A stretch of DNA of 64,000 nt. It comes from an uncultured Mycoplasmatota bacterium (lineage in GTDB: Bacteria > Bacillota_I > Bacilli_A > RF39 > UBA660). The position numbers were made by a program, and so were the translations under genes. Below, one piece after another: positions 28,782 to 37,723 of the stretch. Positions within the stretch are counted from its first letter, which is position 1, and every line of letters starts with the position of its first letter. The notes beneath the pieces are model-generated. The model was not told the DNA's origin. It saw only the letters and a list, made by a program, of their open reading frames with translations, and searched no databases. The stretch spans positions 7,789 through 71,788 of the forward strand of contig CAMMMH010000005.1 in assembly GCA_946497955.1 (NCBI GenBank). Direction: 5' to 3'.

Positions 28782-29201
28782 CTATTTACTACGTCTATTT
28801 TCATTAGTATAGTCATAACTTTTCGCTTCTATAAAGATTAATCTCTTTTTAGCATCTATTACCTTTTTTTGTAACTCTAAAGACATCTCTTTTAAAGTTT
28901 TATCTAAAAGATAAGCCCTATATTTATTTTTAACTAATTGTCTAAACTTTTCTATTTCATTTAAGGCCTCATGATAAGCAGTACCTGTATCATCATCACT
29001 ATTTAAATAAAAGTTTACCATCTTTAAAAGTTTTAAATATTTCTTATAGACTTTATTACTAATAAAGACTTTTTGTATTTCTAAATTATAGATAAATACT
29101 TTATTATCATGAGACTTAATAGTTAATTCTTTTCCTAAAGTTAAATCTCCATTATAAGTAAAACTCTTTTCTATAACTAAATAATTATTCACATGAATCA
29201 T
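28782..29201 (-). CDS. hypothetical protein downstream of trmD
   Basis: 139-aa ORF overlapping the trmD stop by 17 nt. It sits where rplS often follows trmD. No family recognised. Confidence 0.5.
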   Translation of the reverse strand: MIHVNNYLVIEKSFTYNGDLTLGKELTIKSHDNKVFIYNLEIQKVFISNKVYKKYLKLLKMVNFYLNSDDDTGTAYHEALNEIEKFRQLVKNKYRAYLLDKTLKEMSLELQKKVIDAKKRLIFIEAKSYDYTNENRRSK

Positions 29202-29865
29202 CTCCTTTTAATAAGTCAGGTCTATTGTTCTTTGTAATTTCTATTTGTTGTTCCCTTCTCCATTTATCTATCTTAGCATGGTCTCCATTAACTAAGACAT
29301 CAGGTACAACTAATCCATCATAAACTCTAGGCTTAGTATATGTTGGATAATCTAGTAAATTATCAGTAAATGATTCATTAAGATAACTTTCTTTTCTTAT
29401 AACACCATCTATAAGTCTTGTAATAGAATCTATCAAGACCATAGCAGGTATCTCTCCTCCTGTTAAGATATAATCGCCAATAGATAGTTCCATATCACAA
29501 ATAGTCTTAATTCTCTCATCAAAGCCTTCATAATGACCACAGATAATAATAAGGTGTTTTTCTAAAGACAAATCTAAAGCGATAGACTGCTTATATAACT
29601 TACCACTAGGGGTTAATAATATTACTTTAGAATTATCACTTCTTAACGCTTTAACAGCATCAAATATAGGTTGACACATTAAAACCATTCCTGCACCTCC
29701 CCCATAAGGAGTATCATCTACCTTTTTATGAGGGTCTTTACTATAATCCCTAATATTATAAACATTAATCTCTACTAAATTATTGTCCATTGCTCTTTTA
29801 ATAATAGATTCAGCAAAGACGCCATTAAACATATCTGGAAACAAGGTTAATACATCTATTTTCAT
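29185..29865 (-). CDS. trmD: tRNA (guanine37-N1)-methyltransferase
   Basis: MKIDVLTLFPDMF start and YGGGAGMVLMCQPIFDA SAM-binding knot region. Confidence 0.95.
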   Translation of the reverse strand: MKIDVLTLFPDMFNGVFAESIIKRAMDNNLVEINVYNIRDYSKDPHKKVDDTPYGGGAGMVLMCQPIFDAVKALRSDNSKVILLTPSGKLYKQSIALDLSLEKHLIIICGHYEGFDERIKTICDMELSIGDYILTGGEIPAMVLIDSITRLIDGVIRKESYLNESFTDNLLDYPTYTKPRVYDGLVVPDVLVNGDHAKIDKWRREQQIEITKNNRPDLLKGDDSCE

Positions 29866-29874
29866 AACTTCCTC

Positions 29875-30372
29875 CTATAGAAGTTTAACTATAACTTCTT
29901 TTTTATTACTATCTATTTTCACAAAATCTTTATGATATGGCACTAATTTTTCCCTATTATTTATTAATAATCTAAGTATTTTATAATTATTACCAGTCTC
30001 TTCTACATCAAGAATACTACCTTCTAAATTATCAGTAGTTTTAACTTTATAAGTAATAAGTTCACTATCTAAGATATCCCCATTATTAAGATTAATTTCA
30101 TCTTTAGATTTATATACTTTCTTACCCTTTAAGAATAATACTTCATTTATATTATTAAAACCATCAAAGATAACCATATCATAGTCTTTATGAACTCTAT
30201 AACTAGTTATCTTATAAGCTTTATCATCTATAATTAAATTACTTCCTATTTTAAATATTTCCTCTTTTTGTTTAGTAGTTAAGTTATCTTTAATCCTAAG
30301 TTCCCCTTTAATACCATGAGTATTAACTATTTTACCTATATATAATTTAGTCATCCGCTTCATCCATTTCAT
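29875..30372 (-). CDS. rimM: 16S rRNA processing protein RimM
   Basis: GKIVNTHGIKGELRI motif. True start is probably the internal ATG at 30354 (MTKLYIGKI). Confidence 0.9.
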   Translation of the reverse strand: MKWMKRMTKLYIGKIVNTHGIKGELRIKDNLTTKQKEEIFKIGSNLIIDDKAYKITSYRVHKDYDMVIFDGFNNINEVLFLKGKKVYKSKDEINLNNGDILDSELITYKVKTTDNLEGSILDVEETGNNYKILRLLINNREKLVPYHKDFVKIDSNKKEVIVKLL

Positions 30373-31105
30373 AAAGTATTATACTAGTTGCAACCCCAAC
30401 ATTAAGGCTTTCTACAACTTCATTCATTGGGATATAAATAAACTTATCACTCATCTCTAAATACTTAGGATTAACCCCATTACCTTCATTACCAATAATA
30501 AGGGCAAAGACTTCTTTTTCATCATGAGATAAATTCTTAACTTCTTCCCCATACTTAACATAAGTAGAGAATACTGGTATTTTTAATTTCTTTAGTATAG
30601 GAATCAATTTATCAATAGAATAAAAGACTATCGGAACATGAAATATCATTCCTTGCGTCGCTCTTACTACTTTAGGAGAATATACATCTACTGAGCCATC
30701 TCCTATTACAATAGTATCTATATTAAAAGCTACGGCACTTCTAATAATAGTACCCATATTACCAGGGTCTTGAATCTCATCTAATATTAGAATTCTCTTA
30801 CCAATAGTAGTATCTATTATCTTTTCACAAAGTCCTATCATCTTAGGAGGAGAATTTAAAGTACTTATTTTCTTTAAAACTTCTCTACTTACTTCTACCT
30901 GTTCTACATCTATTGGTAAAACCTCTCCTTCTTCTAATAAGACTTCTTTTAGGACACCAGCTTTATAAGCTTCTAATACTAAATGTTCTCCTTCTACCAT
31001 AAACTCATTATTAAGGTCACGATACTTCTTCTTCCCTAATTTATAATAGTACTTAACTTTCTCATTATCTAAACTAGTTATAACCATACTACTCCTCTTC
31101 TCCAT
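30347..31105 (-). CDS. TrmH/SpoU-family RNA 2'-O-methyltransferase
   Basis: 252 aa. DEIQDPGNMGTIIRSA, LIIGNEGNGV and ESLNVGVATSIILYE are the three SpoU motifs. Confidence 0.85.
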   Translation of the reverse strand: MEKRSSMVITSLDNEKVKYYYKLGKKKYRDLNNEFMVEGEHLVLEAYKAGVLKEVLLEEGEVLPIDVEQVEVSREVLKKISTLNSPPKMIGLCEKIIDTTIGKRILILDEIQDPGNMGTIIRSAVAFNIDTIVIGDGSVDVYSPKVVRATQGMIFHVPIVFYSIDKLIPILKKLKIPVFSTYVKYGEEVKNLSHDEKEVFALIIGNEGNGVNPKYLEMSDKFIYIPMNEVVESLNVGVATSIILYEMDEADD

Positions 31106-31739
31106 ATTTATTAGTTAATTTTCTCCACTTCTTATAATCAGGGCAATTCTCTTCAACAATAGCCCAAAACTTCTTAGAATGATTCGCTTCTATTAAATGA
31201 CTTAACTCATGATAAATAACATAATCAAGGCATCCTATATCTTTAGTAATTAATTCTGTGTTTAATGTTATAACATGAGTCTTAACATTACATACTCCCC
31301 ATCTAGTAGTCATCTTCCTAAGTCTTAGTTTAGGATGAGGAATACTTCTTGTAAAATTATTATAACACATTTCTAGATGTTCACTAAAAATACCTAAAGC
31401 TTGTTTCTTCTTCCATTTATCTAAATCAAAATCTCTTTTAATAAAAACTTTATTCTCACCTAATTTAAAGTCACAAAACTCTGTATATATAATATCATAT
31501 TTTTTACCTAAATAGTAAAATTCACTATTAAATTTTATCTTTTCTTTAACTTTCTTAATCATTTTTCTAATAGAATCATAGTTTTCTTCTATTACACTCA
31601 TTATCTTTTTATTAGAGGTTAAAGTATTACAAGTAACATAAATAGTTAAATCATCTTTAACTCTAATATAAATATTTTTAGTTGTACTTTTCTTAACTAT
31701 TTCTAAATTATAAGTTTCATTATCTATTGTTAATGTCAT
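31089..31739 (-). CDS. YgjP-like (DUF45) zinc metallohydrolase
   Basis: C-terminal HELSHLIEANHSKKFW (HExxH...H) in a 216-aa protein. Confidence 0.7.
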   Translation of the reverse strand: MTLTIDNETYNLEIVKKSTTKNIYIRVKDDLTIYVTCNTLTSNKKIMSVIEENYDSIRKMIKKVKEKIKFNSEFYYLGKKYDIIYTEFCDFKLGENKVFIKRDFDLDKWKKKQALGIFSEHLEMCYNNFTRSIPHPKLRLRKMTTRWGVCNVKTHVITLNTELITKDIGCLDYVIYHELSHLIEANHSKKFWAIVEENCPDYKKWRKLTNKYGEEE

Positions 31740-31752
31740 AAAATCATCCCTC

Positions 31753-31781
31753 TTGATAAAATTAATTATTTATGATAATAT
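31753..31781 (+). promoter_or_regulatory. sigma-A-type extended -10 promoter of small-RNA unit 1
   Basis: TTGATA (31753..31758) - 17 nt - TAATAT (31776..31781) with TG at 31773..31774. Confidence 0.6.
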
Positions 31782-31878
31782 GAATATGTAAAGAGAATTT
31801 ACATATTATAAAAAAGAGGAATACCTAGCTTTTGAGCAGTTAGGTACTATCCCAATTTTTGTGGATTATAGTACCACT

Positions 31879-31980
31879 CTAAGGAGTAGGTACTATTTTT
31901 ATTAACATAAATAATAAAACGATTATTATGAAAATAAGTGAAAATATGATATAACATAGAAATTTTTCAAGTTTTCTCAT
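31879..31980 (-). CDS. candidate type I toxin-like small hydrophobic peptide (33 aa)
   Basis: My translation: MRKLEKFLCYIIFSLIFIIIVLLFMLIKIVPTP. GGGGAG Shine-Dalgarno (31989..31994) lies 8 nt upstream of ATG 31980. One TM helix with a charged N-terminus. Below the track's size cutoff. Confidence 0.5.
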   Translation of the reverse strand: MRKLEKFLCYIIFSLIFIIIVLLFMLIKIVPTP

Positions 31981-32057
31981 ATTATCAACTCCCCTTTCAC
32001 ATTATAAAAATATAAGTTAGGGGGATAGTACCTAATTGGCTAAGTATTCCTAGGTAA

Positions 32058-32086
32058 ATAATAACACAAATGTATCTTCAATACAA
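32058..32086 (-). promoter_or_regulatory. candidate promoter of the small-peptide mRNA
   Basis: Minus strand: TTGTAT (32081..32086) - 17 nt - TATTAT (32058..32063) with TG at the extended -10 position. It is embedded in the loop and arm of the plus-strand terminator. Confidence 0.4.
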
Positions 32087-32128
32087 GCGAACAAGATACA
32101 TTTTTTTATGAATTTTCTATTAAAAATA

Positions 32129-32157
32129 TTGAAACAATCAAATCTTTATGCTAATAT
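32129..32157 (+). promoter_or_regulatory. sigma-A-type extended -10 promoter of small-RNA unit 2
   Basis: TTGAAA (32129..32134) - 17 nt - TAATAT (32152..32157) with TG at 32149..32150. The -10 region and downstream TGAATATGTAAA are identical to unit 1. Confidence 0.6.
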
Positions 32158-32163
32158 GAATAT

Positions 32164-32416
32164 GTAAATTTTCTTTACATGAGGAGTACTTAGTTTTCGT
32201 TTGGATGTTACCCCAAAAAACAGGTTGAATATACTAATTAATAGAGAATTTTACTATCTATAAATAATTAAAAGAATAATAATTATTAATAAGATAACTA
32301 TTAAGAAATCTTTCTTACTCAAAAGTAAGTACAAATTAATTTACATCATTCGTTACTAAGTATTCCTAAGTAAATGATAGTCTAAATGTATCTTGTTCAT
32401 TAAGATACATTTTTTT
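32164..32416 (+). ncRNA. candidate small RNA, unit 2 (about 250 nt, paralog of unit 1)
   Basis: Same 5' start sequence, same 5'/3' pairing blocks (32182..32193 with 32356..32367) and same terminator arms (32384..32394 / 32402..32412, then T7) as unit 1. The terminator abuts the stop codon of the convergent 408-aa gene. Confidence 0.45.
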
Positions 32417-33641
32417 ATTTTGAATATGTTTTCATTTTATTAATAAAATCATTATTTTTACTTATAGTATCTTCATCAAAAGAATGGCCATGAATATTAA
32501 AATCATTCTCATATAAACTAGTTAAGAAAATACAATAATTTATAAAATTATCTTTTCCTAAACTATCATTAATAAGAGAAAGACTATTATTGATAGCAGA
32601 AGAGTCAAAAAGTTCTCTATAAGTACCTAATAAAGGATTTACTAAAGGAAGATAAAAATCATAGGCACTCTTATATAAAGTATCATCATTACCATCTTGA
32701 TCAAAGATATAAACATTATCTTTTCTTAATCTTTCAAATAAACTTCTTGCTTTTTCCTGTGTTCTAAATTCATTAAAGACACGATAATCTTCACTTATTA
32801 CAATACTACACATTTTATTACTTATTTCACTTACATGAACTAATTCATGTAAAAGAGTTATATCAAGATCTTTATTAAGATATTTTTTTAAAAGAGGAAA
32901 TGAAATATAAGTCTTAGAATAATTTTCAGATATCTTATAAAATGTTGTAATTGCATTTACATCATAATCAAAATCATCTTCAAAGTAAATTAATTCTCTT
33001 GCAATTATTACTTTTTTATAGAAAGCTACGTCTTTTATATTATCTAATCTATCTAAAATATTTTTACCAAAGATAGTATTTTTAATAACATTATGTTCTA
33101 ATACTTTTTCTTGTCTATTTAGAAATTGTATACAATCATCTAGTTTTTCTTCATCTAATAAAGGAATAATTCCTATCATTTTGCAAGTATCTATATAATC
33201 TTGTTGTAATTCTAAAAGTAAGTCTTTTTCCTCATTATCATAAGTTAAATATTTTTTATATCTTTTATCAAAAGCATCAAATCTAAGTCCTAGAATAACT
33301 TCTTTATTTTTATCAAATACATCATCACTAATATTTAACAGTTCTTTTAAATATCTAAGAGTATAATCATCTATTTCATCTTGTAACTTTTCTCCCTTAC
33401 TCATATAGTCATCCATTAATGATTTATAATATTTTAAATTATCTAAACTACTATCTAACTTTTTTATTGTTTCATAAGTAACATCAGGAGTTGAATCAAA
33501 GAAATAAATTGCATCTTTAATTCTTGTAGCGATTAAGTCTTTAAAACTTTTACGATAAGAACTAGCGATTAGATCTATTAGATAATCCCTATATTCTAAA
33601 AATCTTTTATTAGGATTTAATAATCTATCTATGTCTTTCAT
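32415..33641 (-). CDS. hypothetical HExxH-motif protein, translationally coupled to obg
   Basis: 408 aa. HELVHV is the only recognisable motif. Its ATG overlaps the obg stop (TAATG at 33639..33643). Confidence 0.55.
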   Translation of the reverse strand: MKDIDRLLNPNKRFLEYRDYLIDLIASSYRKSFKDLIATRIKDAIYFFDSTPDVTYETIKKLDSSLDNLKYYKSLMDDYMSKGEKLQDEIDDYTLRYLKELLNISDDVFDKNKEVILGLRFDAFDKRYKKYLTYDNEEKDLLLELQQDYIDTCKMIGIIPLLDEEKLDDCIQFLNRQEKVLEHNVIKNTIFGKNILDRLDNIKDVAFYKKVIIARELIYFEDDFDYDVNAITTFYKISENYSKTYISFPLLKKYLNKDLDITLLHELVHVSEISNKMCSIVISEDYRVFNEFRTQEKARSLFERLRKDNVYIFDQDGNDDTLYKSAYDFYLPLVNPLLGTYRELFDSSAINNSLSLINDSLGKDNFINYCIFLTSLYENDFNIHGHSFDEDTISKNNDFINKMKTYSK

Positions 33642-34912
33642 TATTTACGATACTCAAAGTAAAAATCTAATATTCTAACCATATCCCCATCAACGGCACC
33701 CATTTTTTCTAGTTCTTCATCAATACCCATTTTTCTTAGTTTATTACTAAACCTTTTAATACCTTCATCAGTAAATTTAGTCATTTTAAATAGCTTCTCT
33801 ACTTTTTCTCCTTTAATTACAAAGTCGTCCCCTTCTTTTTCAATAGTAAAAGGCTTCTCTTCCTTAAATTTATATAAGACATGAGACTCAAAAGCATCAT
33901 CATCATATAAGTTTTCGCACTTTATAGTATCTAACAAATCACTTAAGTAATCTACAACTTCACTAAGTCCTTCACTAGTTAAGGCAGTTACTTCAAAGAT
34001 TTTCTTATCTTTTACTTTTTCTTTAAATTTAGCAAGATTATCCCTACTACCTTCAATATCCATTTTATTAGCGATTATTACCATAGGTTTAGTAAGTAGT
34101 TTTTTATTAAAGTCTTCAAGTTCTTTGTTTATTAAAATATAATCTTCATAAGGATCTCTTCCTTCAGTACCAGCCATATCAATAACGTGTAATATTACTC
34201 TAGTACGTTCTATATGTCTTAAGAATCTATCACCTAGACCTTCTCCTTTGCTAGCTCCTTCTATTAGTCCAGGAAGGTCAGCCATAACAAAAGTTTTACC
34301 ATTAGAGGCACGTACTACTCCAAGGTTAGGTTTTAATGTCGTAAAGTGATATTCTGCTATCTTAGGTTTCGCTTTACTTACTTTAGATATAATTGTACTT
34401 TTACCGACACTAGGAAGACCAACAAGACCAACATCAGCGAGAAGCTTAAGTTCTACTTTAATAGTTCTCTCTTCTCCTGGTTCCCCATTTTCAGAGAAAT
34501 TTGGAGCGGTATTAGTTTGAGTTTTAAAAGCCGTATTACCACGTCCTCCTCTACCACCTTTACAGATTATCGCTTCATCATTTTTACCCTTTAAATCGGC
34601 AAGAATAAGGCCTGTATCTAAGTCAGTTACAACAGTTCCTTGAGGGACTTTAACAACTAAAGGTTCTGCCCCCTTACCATGTTGATTTTTACCTTTACCA
34701 TTCTCACCTTTCTTACCTTTTATTTCTTTTTGATAACGTAAATCAAGTAAGGTATGAAGTCCTTCATCTACTTTAAAGATAATATCAGAACCATGTCCTC
34801 CATTACCACCATAAGGTCCTCCCATAGGAATATATTTTTCACGTCGGAAAGCAGTACAACCATCTCCACCACTTCCAGCGATTACTTTAAGTGTTACTTC
34901 ATCTACAAACAT
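33641..34912 (-). CDS. obg: GTPase Obg
   Basis: MFVDEVTLKVIAGSGGDGCTAFRREKY Obg fold start. G1 GLPSVGKST. 423 aa. Confidence 0.95.
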   Translation of the reverse strand: MFVDEVTLKVIAGSGGDGCTAFRREKYIPMGGPYGGNGGHGSDIIFKVDEGLHTLLDLRYQKEIKGKKGENGKGKNQHGKGAEPLVVKVPQGTVVTDLDTGLILADLKGKNDEAIICKGGRGGRGNTAFKTQTNTAPNFSENGEPGEERTIKVELKLLADVGLVGLPSVGKSTIISKVSKAKPKIAEYHFTTLKPNLGVVRASNGKTFVMADLPGLIEGASKGEGLGDRFLRHIERTRVILHVIDMAGTEGRDPYEDYILINKELEDFNKKLLTKPMVIIANKMDIEGSRDNLAKFKEKVKDKKIFEVTALTSEGLSEVVDYLSDLLDTIKCENLYDDDAFESHVLYKFKEEKPFTIEKEGDDFVIKGEKVEKLFKMTKFTDEGIKRFSNKLRKMGIDEELEKMGAVDGDMVRILDFYFEYRK

Positions 34913-34961
34913 ATTAACACATCCCCTCTAAAACATATCTGTATTATACCATAGAGAAAAG

Positions 34962-34988
34962 AAAAAAAGAAAGAGATATTTTCTTTCT
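34962..34988 (-). terminator. hairpin plus U-run between rpmA and obg (partial terminator or attenuator)
   Basis: Minus strand: AGAAAG-N9-CTTTCT then TTTTTTT. The stem overlaps the rpmA stop codon. Confidence 0.35.
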
Positions 34989-35277
34989 ATTCACTTACTG
35001 GATAAACAGAAACTTGTTTCTTATCTCTTCCTTTACGTTCAAATTTAACAATTCCATCTACTGTTGCATATAATGTATCATCATTACCGCGTTTAACATT
35101 AACACCTGGGAATATCTTAGTTCCTCTTTGACGATAAATAATACTTCCTGCAGTTACATATTCTCCATCAGCTGCTTTCGCTCCTAATCTACGTCCAATA
35201 GAGTCACGTCCATTAGATGTAGAACTTTGTCCTTTTTTATGAGCGAAGAACTGTATATTTAACTTTAAAAATTCCAC
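34987..35277 (-). CDS. rpmA: 50S ribosomal protein L27 with cleavable N-terminal extension
   Basis: [26 protein letters not shown]. This is the Firmicute-type propeptide ending in FF followed by the mature AHKKG. Confidence 0.95.
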   Translation of the reverse strand: MEFLKLNIQFFAHKKGQSSTSNGRDSIGRRLGAKAADGEYVTAGSIIYRQRGTKIFPGVNVKRGNDDTLYATVDGIVKFERKGRDKKQVSVYPVSE

Positions 35278-35289
35278 TTTAGTCCCTCC

Positions 35290-35592
35290 TTACTGTATTT
35301 CGATATTTTCTTTATATTTTAATGATAATTCTTTTAGTAGTCTTAACATATTTTTAAGTAAACTTTGAGTAATTCTATCATTACTTAAAACTTTAATAGT
35401 TAAACCTTTACTACTAGCAAGATAAGTAATAGTACTTTTATCAATAGTAAGAATACCATTAATTGTTGTTGTAACAATAGAACTAACAGCACTACAAACT
35501 ATATCTTTACCATAATCATCATACATGGCATGACCTAATATACTTACCTTTTTAAAATAACCCTTTTCTTTTTCTACTTTTACTTTAATCAT
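35290..35592 (-). CDS. prp: ribosomal-processing cysteine protease Prp (YsxB)
   Basis: 100 aa between rplU and rpmA. ILGHAMYDDYGKDIVCSAVSS carries the His/Cys dyad. Confidence 0.9.
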   Translation of the reverse strand: MIKVKVEKEKGYFKKVSILGHAMYDDYGKDIVCSAVSSIVTTTINGILTIDKSTITYLASSKGLTIKVLSNDRITQSLLKNMLRLLKELSLKYKENIEIQ

Positions 35593-35594
35593 AA

Positions 35595-35897
35595 TTAACC
35601 ATTAATCTTAGTAATTTTAACTTTTGTATAAGGTTGTCTATGTCCCTGAGTTTTACGGTTACTTCTAGATTTGCTTTTGTACTTAAAAATACGTATTTTC
35701 TTAGCTTTACCATTTTTTAAGACAGTACCTTCTACAGTGACATTAGATAAATAAGGGGAACCAACTTTAGAATCAAGCATTAAAACTTCTTCAAAAGTAA
35801 CAACATCACCTGTATTAGCATTTAACTTTTCTACGAAGATTTCATCTCCTTCACTAACACGATATTGTTTTCCACCAACTTTAATTACTGCGTACAT
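35595..35897 (-). CDS. rplU: 50S ribosomal protein L21
   Basis: MYAVIKVGGKQYRV start. 100 aa. Confidence 0.95.
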   Translation of the reverse strand: MYAVIKVGGKQYRVSEGDEIFVEKLNANTGDVVTFEEVLMLDSKVGSPYLSNVTVEGTVLKNGKAKKIRIFKYKSKSRSNRKTQGHRQPYTKVKITKING

Positions 35898-36055
35898 TTT
35901 TTAACCTCCTTTTTCTAAACCAAAGACTCGCTCTTAAGGTATTACTCTCTCTTAGTAATTTCTACCTTTTCAATGCGGTTTACAGCTTACACTCAAATAG
36001 AGGTATAACAAGCTACAAACAATATGATTTTAGCATAAAACTTACTTTACGTCAA
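35898..36055 (-). promoter_or_regulatory. rplU promoter plus about 120-nt structured leader (candidate L21-leader-type element)
   Basis: Minus strand: TTGACG (36050..36055) - 17 nt - TAAAAT (36027..36032) with TG. The long 5' UTR has hairpins such as ATTACT-AAGAGAG-AGTAAT. A ribosomal L21 leader is known upstream of rplU in low-GC Gram-positives. Confidence 0.45.
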
Positions 36056-36078
36056 ATGATTTTGATACATTTCTGGTA

Positions 36079-37014
36079 TTATTTTTTTATTTTAGCCTTA
36101 TTAAAGTAATATTCATCACTTATACTACTATCATAAAGATTATAAACTTCTAAATATCCCAAAGCTTTAGGTTCTTCTTTTAAAACAGGATAACTATTTA
36201 CTAGTTCCCTAACTATATTAGTTTTATCCATAATATTAAGCTCTTTATCTAAAGAAGAGAATATATTATTTAATTCATCTCTCCTAATAGAACCTTTATT
36301 TAATAATATTTCTTTAAAGCTTTCTACATCATTAAAACTTGCTACTTCTATTAAAGTATCACTATCTACTATATAGGTCAAACTATTAATTAAAGCCATA
36401 TATTCTCTATAAGTAGATGGAAGACTAACATCACTATTATAATAGAAATACTCTTTAGTTAATTTACTAACTAGTCCTTCTCTTAAAGCTTTAGGAAAAT
36501 TTGTCATTGGCATAGATACATGAAATAATTCATGTTTTAGAACTATATTCCTTTTATCACGACAAATAATAATATTTTTATCAGGATAATATGTAGCGCC
36601 TTTTGTATCAGTTGCATTTACTTTAATTTCTTTATTACTATAGATAATATCTAAATTACTTAATCTTTCATAGATACTCTTTCTATTTAAATTATCATAG
36701 TCTAAATAAAAAGGCACCATTGAATAGCAAAGTTCTCTTTCCTCTTCACTTAGTTTATTATTATCTATAACAGCATTAAGCAATAAAACTGACTCAACAT
36801 CTTCCTTTGTATTAAGACTAAACCTATCTATATCATATTCTTCATCTATCTTTTCTAAGATACTATCTACTTTAATACTTGAGATATCATCGTCTATGTC
36901 ATAATAGTTATAAATTATTTCTTTTTCTGTTTCTATTTTACTGTCACTTTTAACAATAATTGCACTTACTGATATAACAGTAAATATTATTATATTTTTT
37001 ACAATCTTATTCAT
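36079..37014 (-). CDS. hypothetical secreted or anchored HExxH-motif protein
   Basis: 311 aa. N-terminal signal/anchor IIIFTVISVSAIIV. HELFHV motif. No family recognised. Confidence 0.5.
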   Translation of the reverse strand: MNKIVKNIIIFTVISVSAIIVKSDSKIETEKEIIYNYYDIDDDISSIKVDSILEKIDEEYDIDRFSLNTKEDVESVLLLNAVIDNNKLSEEERELCYSMVPFYLDYDNLNRKSIYERLSNLDIIYSNKEIKVNATDTKGATYYPDKNIIICRDKRNIVLKHELFHVSMPMTNFPKALREGLVSKLTKEYFYYNSDVSLPSTYREYMALINSLTYIVDSDTLIEVASFNDVESFKEILLNKGSIRRDELNNIFSSLDKELNIMDKTNIVRELVNSYPVLKEEPKALGYLEVYNLYDSSISDEYYFNKAKIKK

Positions 37015-37702
37015 TTAAATATGGTAACAACTCCCTTGTAACAACGACATATCCTAACGTATTTAAATGTAGTCCATCTTCTGTATATTCTTCTTTTAAA
37101 TTACCATCTTCATCCACCAAATCATCATATAGATTTATATAATCACAATTTTTCCCATCACAGTAATCAAATAATCTTTTATTTAAAGATTTTATTTTCT
37201 TATTGGTTCTATTATTAGCAACATTATTTTCTATAGTAGAATTAACTGGATATACACTTTCTACATATATAGTAGCATCACCCCTATTTTCTTTTATTTC
37301 TCTTACTATTTCTTTAATATTATTAAAAGTAGTAACTACAATATCTTCAGCATTACTATCAAGGTCATTAGTACCTATTAATAGAAATACTTTAGTAGGA
37401 TTATACTGATAAACTCTTGTTTGCATATCACTTAAAATATCCGTTGTCTTATTACCGGCAATACCACTATTTACAACTGGTAAGTTATCATAGTACTCTC
37501 CTAAAGGATAATAATCTGTAATAGAGTCTCCTAAAAATAAAAAGTTATCATTTGGTTTTACCTTTACTTCATAGGGATTAGTAAAAGTATTGCTTTCTTT
37601 AGTTAGTAGAAATATACTCATGATTATAATAATTATAAGCATAATAATTATAGTTATAAGATAATATTTATGTAATTTTATCTTTTCTTTTACAATATTC
37701 AT
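37007..37702 (-). CDS. SGNH/GDSL-family hydrolase with N-terminal anchor
   Basis: Block I FLFLGDSITD, block II GIAGNKT, block III LIGTNDL, block V DGLHLN. Confidence 0.8.
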   Translation of the reverse strand: MNIVKEKIKLHKYYLITIIIMLIIIIIMSIFLLTKESNTFTNPYEVKVKPNDNFLFLGDSITDYYPLGEYYDNLPVVNSGIAGNKTTDILSDMQTRVYQYNPTKVFLLIGTNDLDSNAEDIVVTTFNNIKEIVREIKENRGDATIYVESVYPVNSTIENNVANNRTNKKIKSLNKRLFDYCDGKNCDYINLYDDLVDEDGNLKEEYTEDGLHLNTLGYVVVTRELLPYLNE

Positions 37703-37723
37703 ATTAATACCCCCTGTTTAATT

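Larger units (their letters stand above)
31788..32107 (+). ncRNA. candidate antisense small RNA, unit 1 (about 320 nt, antitoxin-like)
   Basis: Bounded by the promoter above and an 11-bp-stem terminator (AAATGTATCTT 32068..32078 / AAGATACATTT 32093..32103, then T7). No plus-strand ORF with a Shine-Dalgarno. Fully complementary to the small minus-strand ORF. The 5' block 31817..31829 can pair with the 3' block 32039..32051. Confidence 0.5.
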
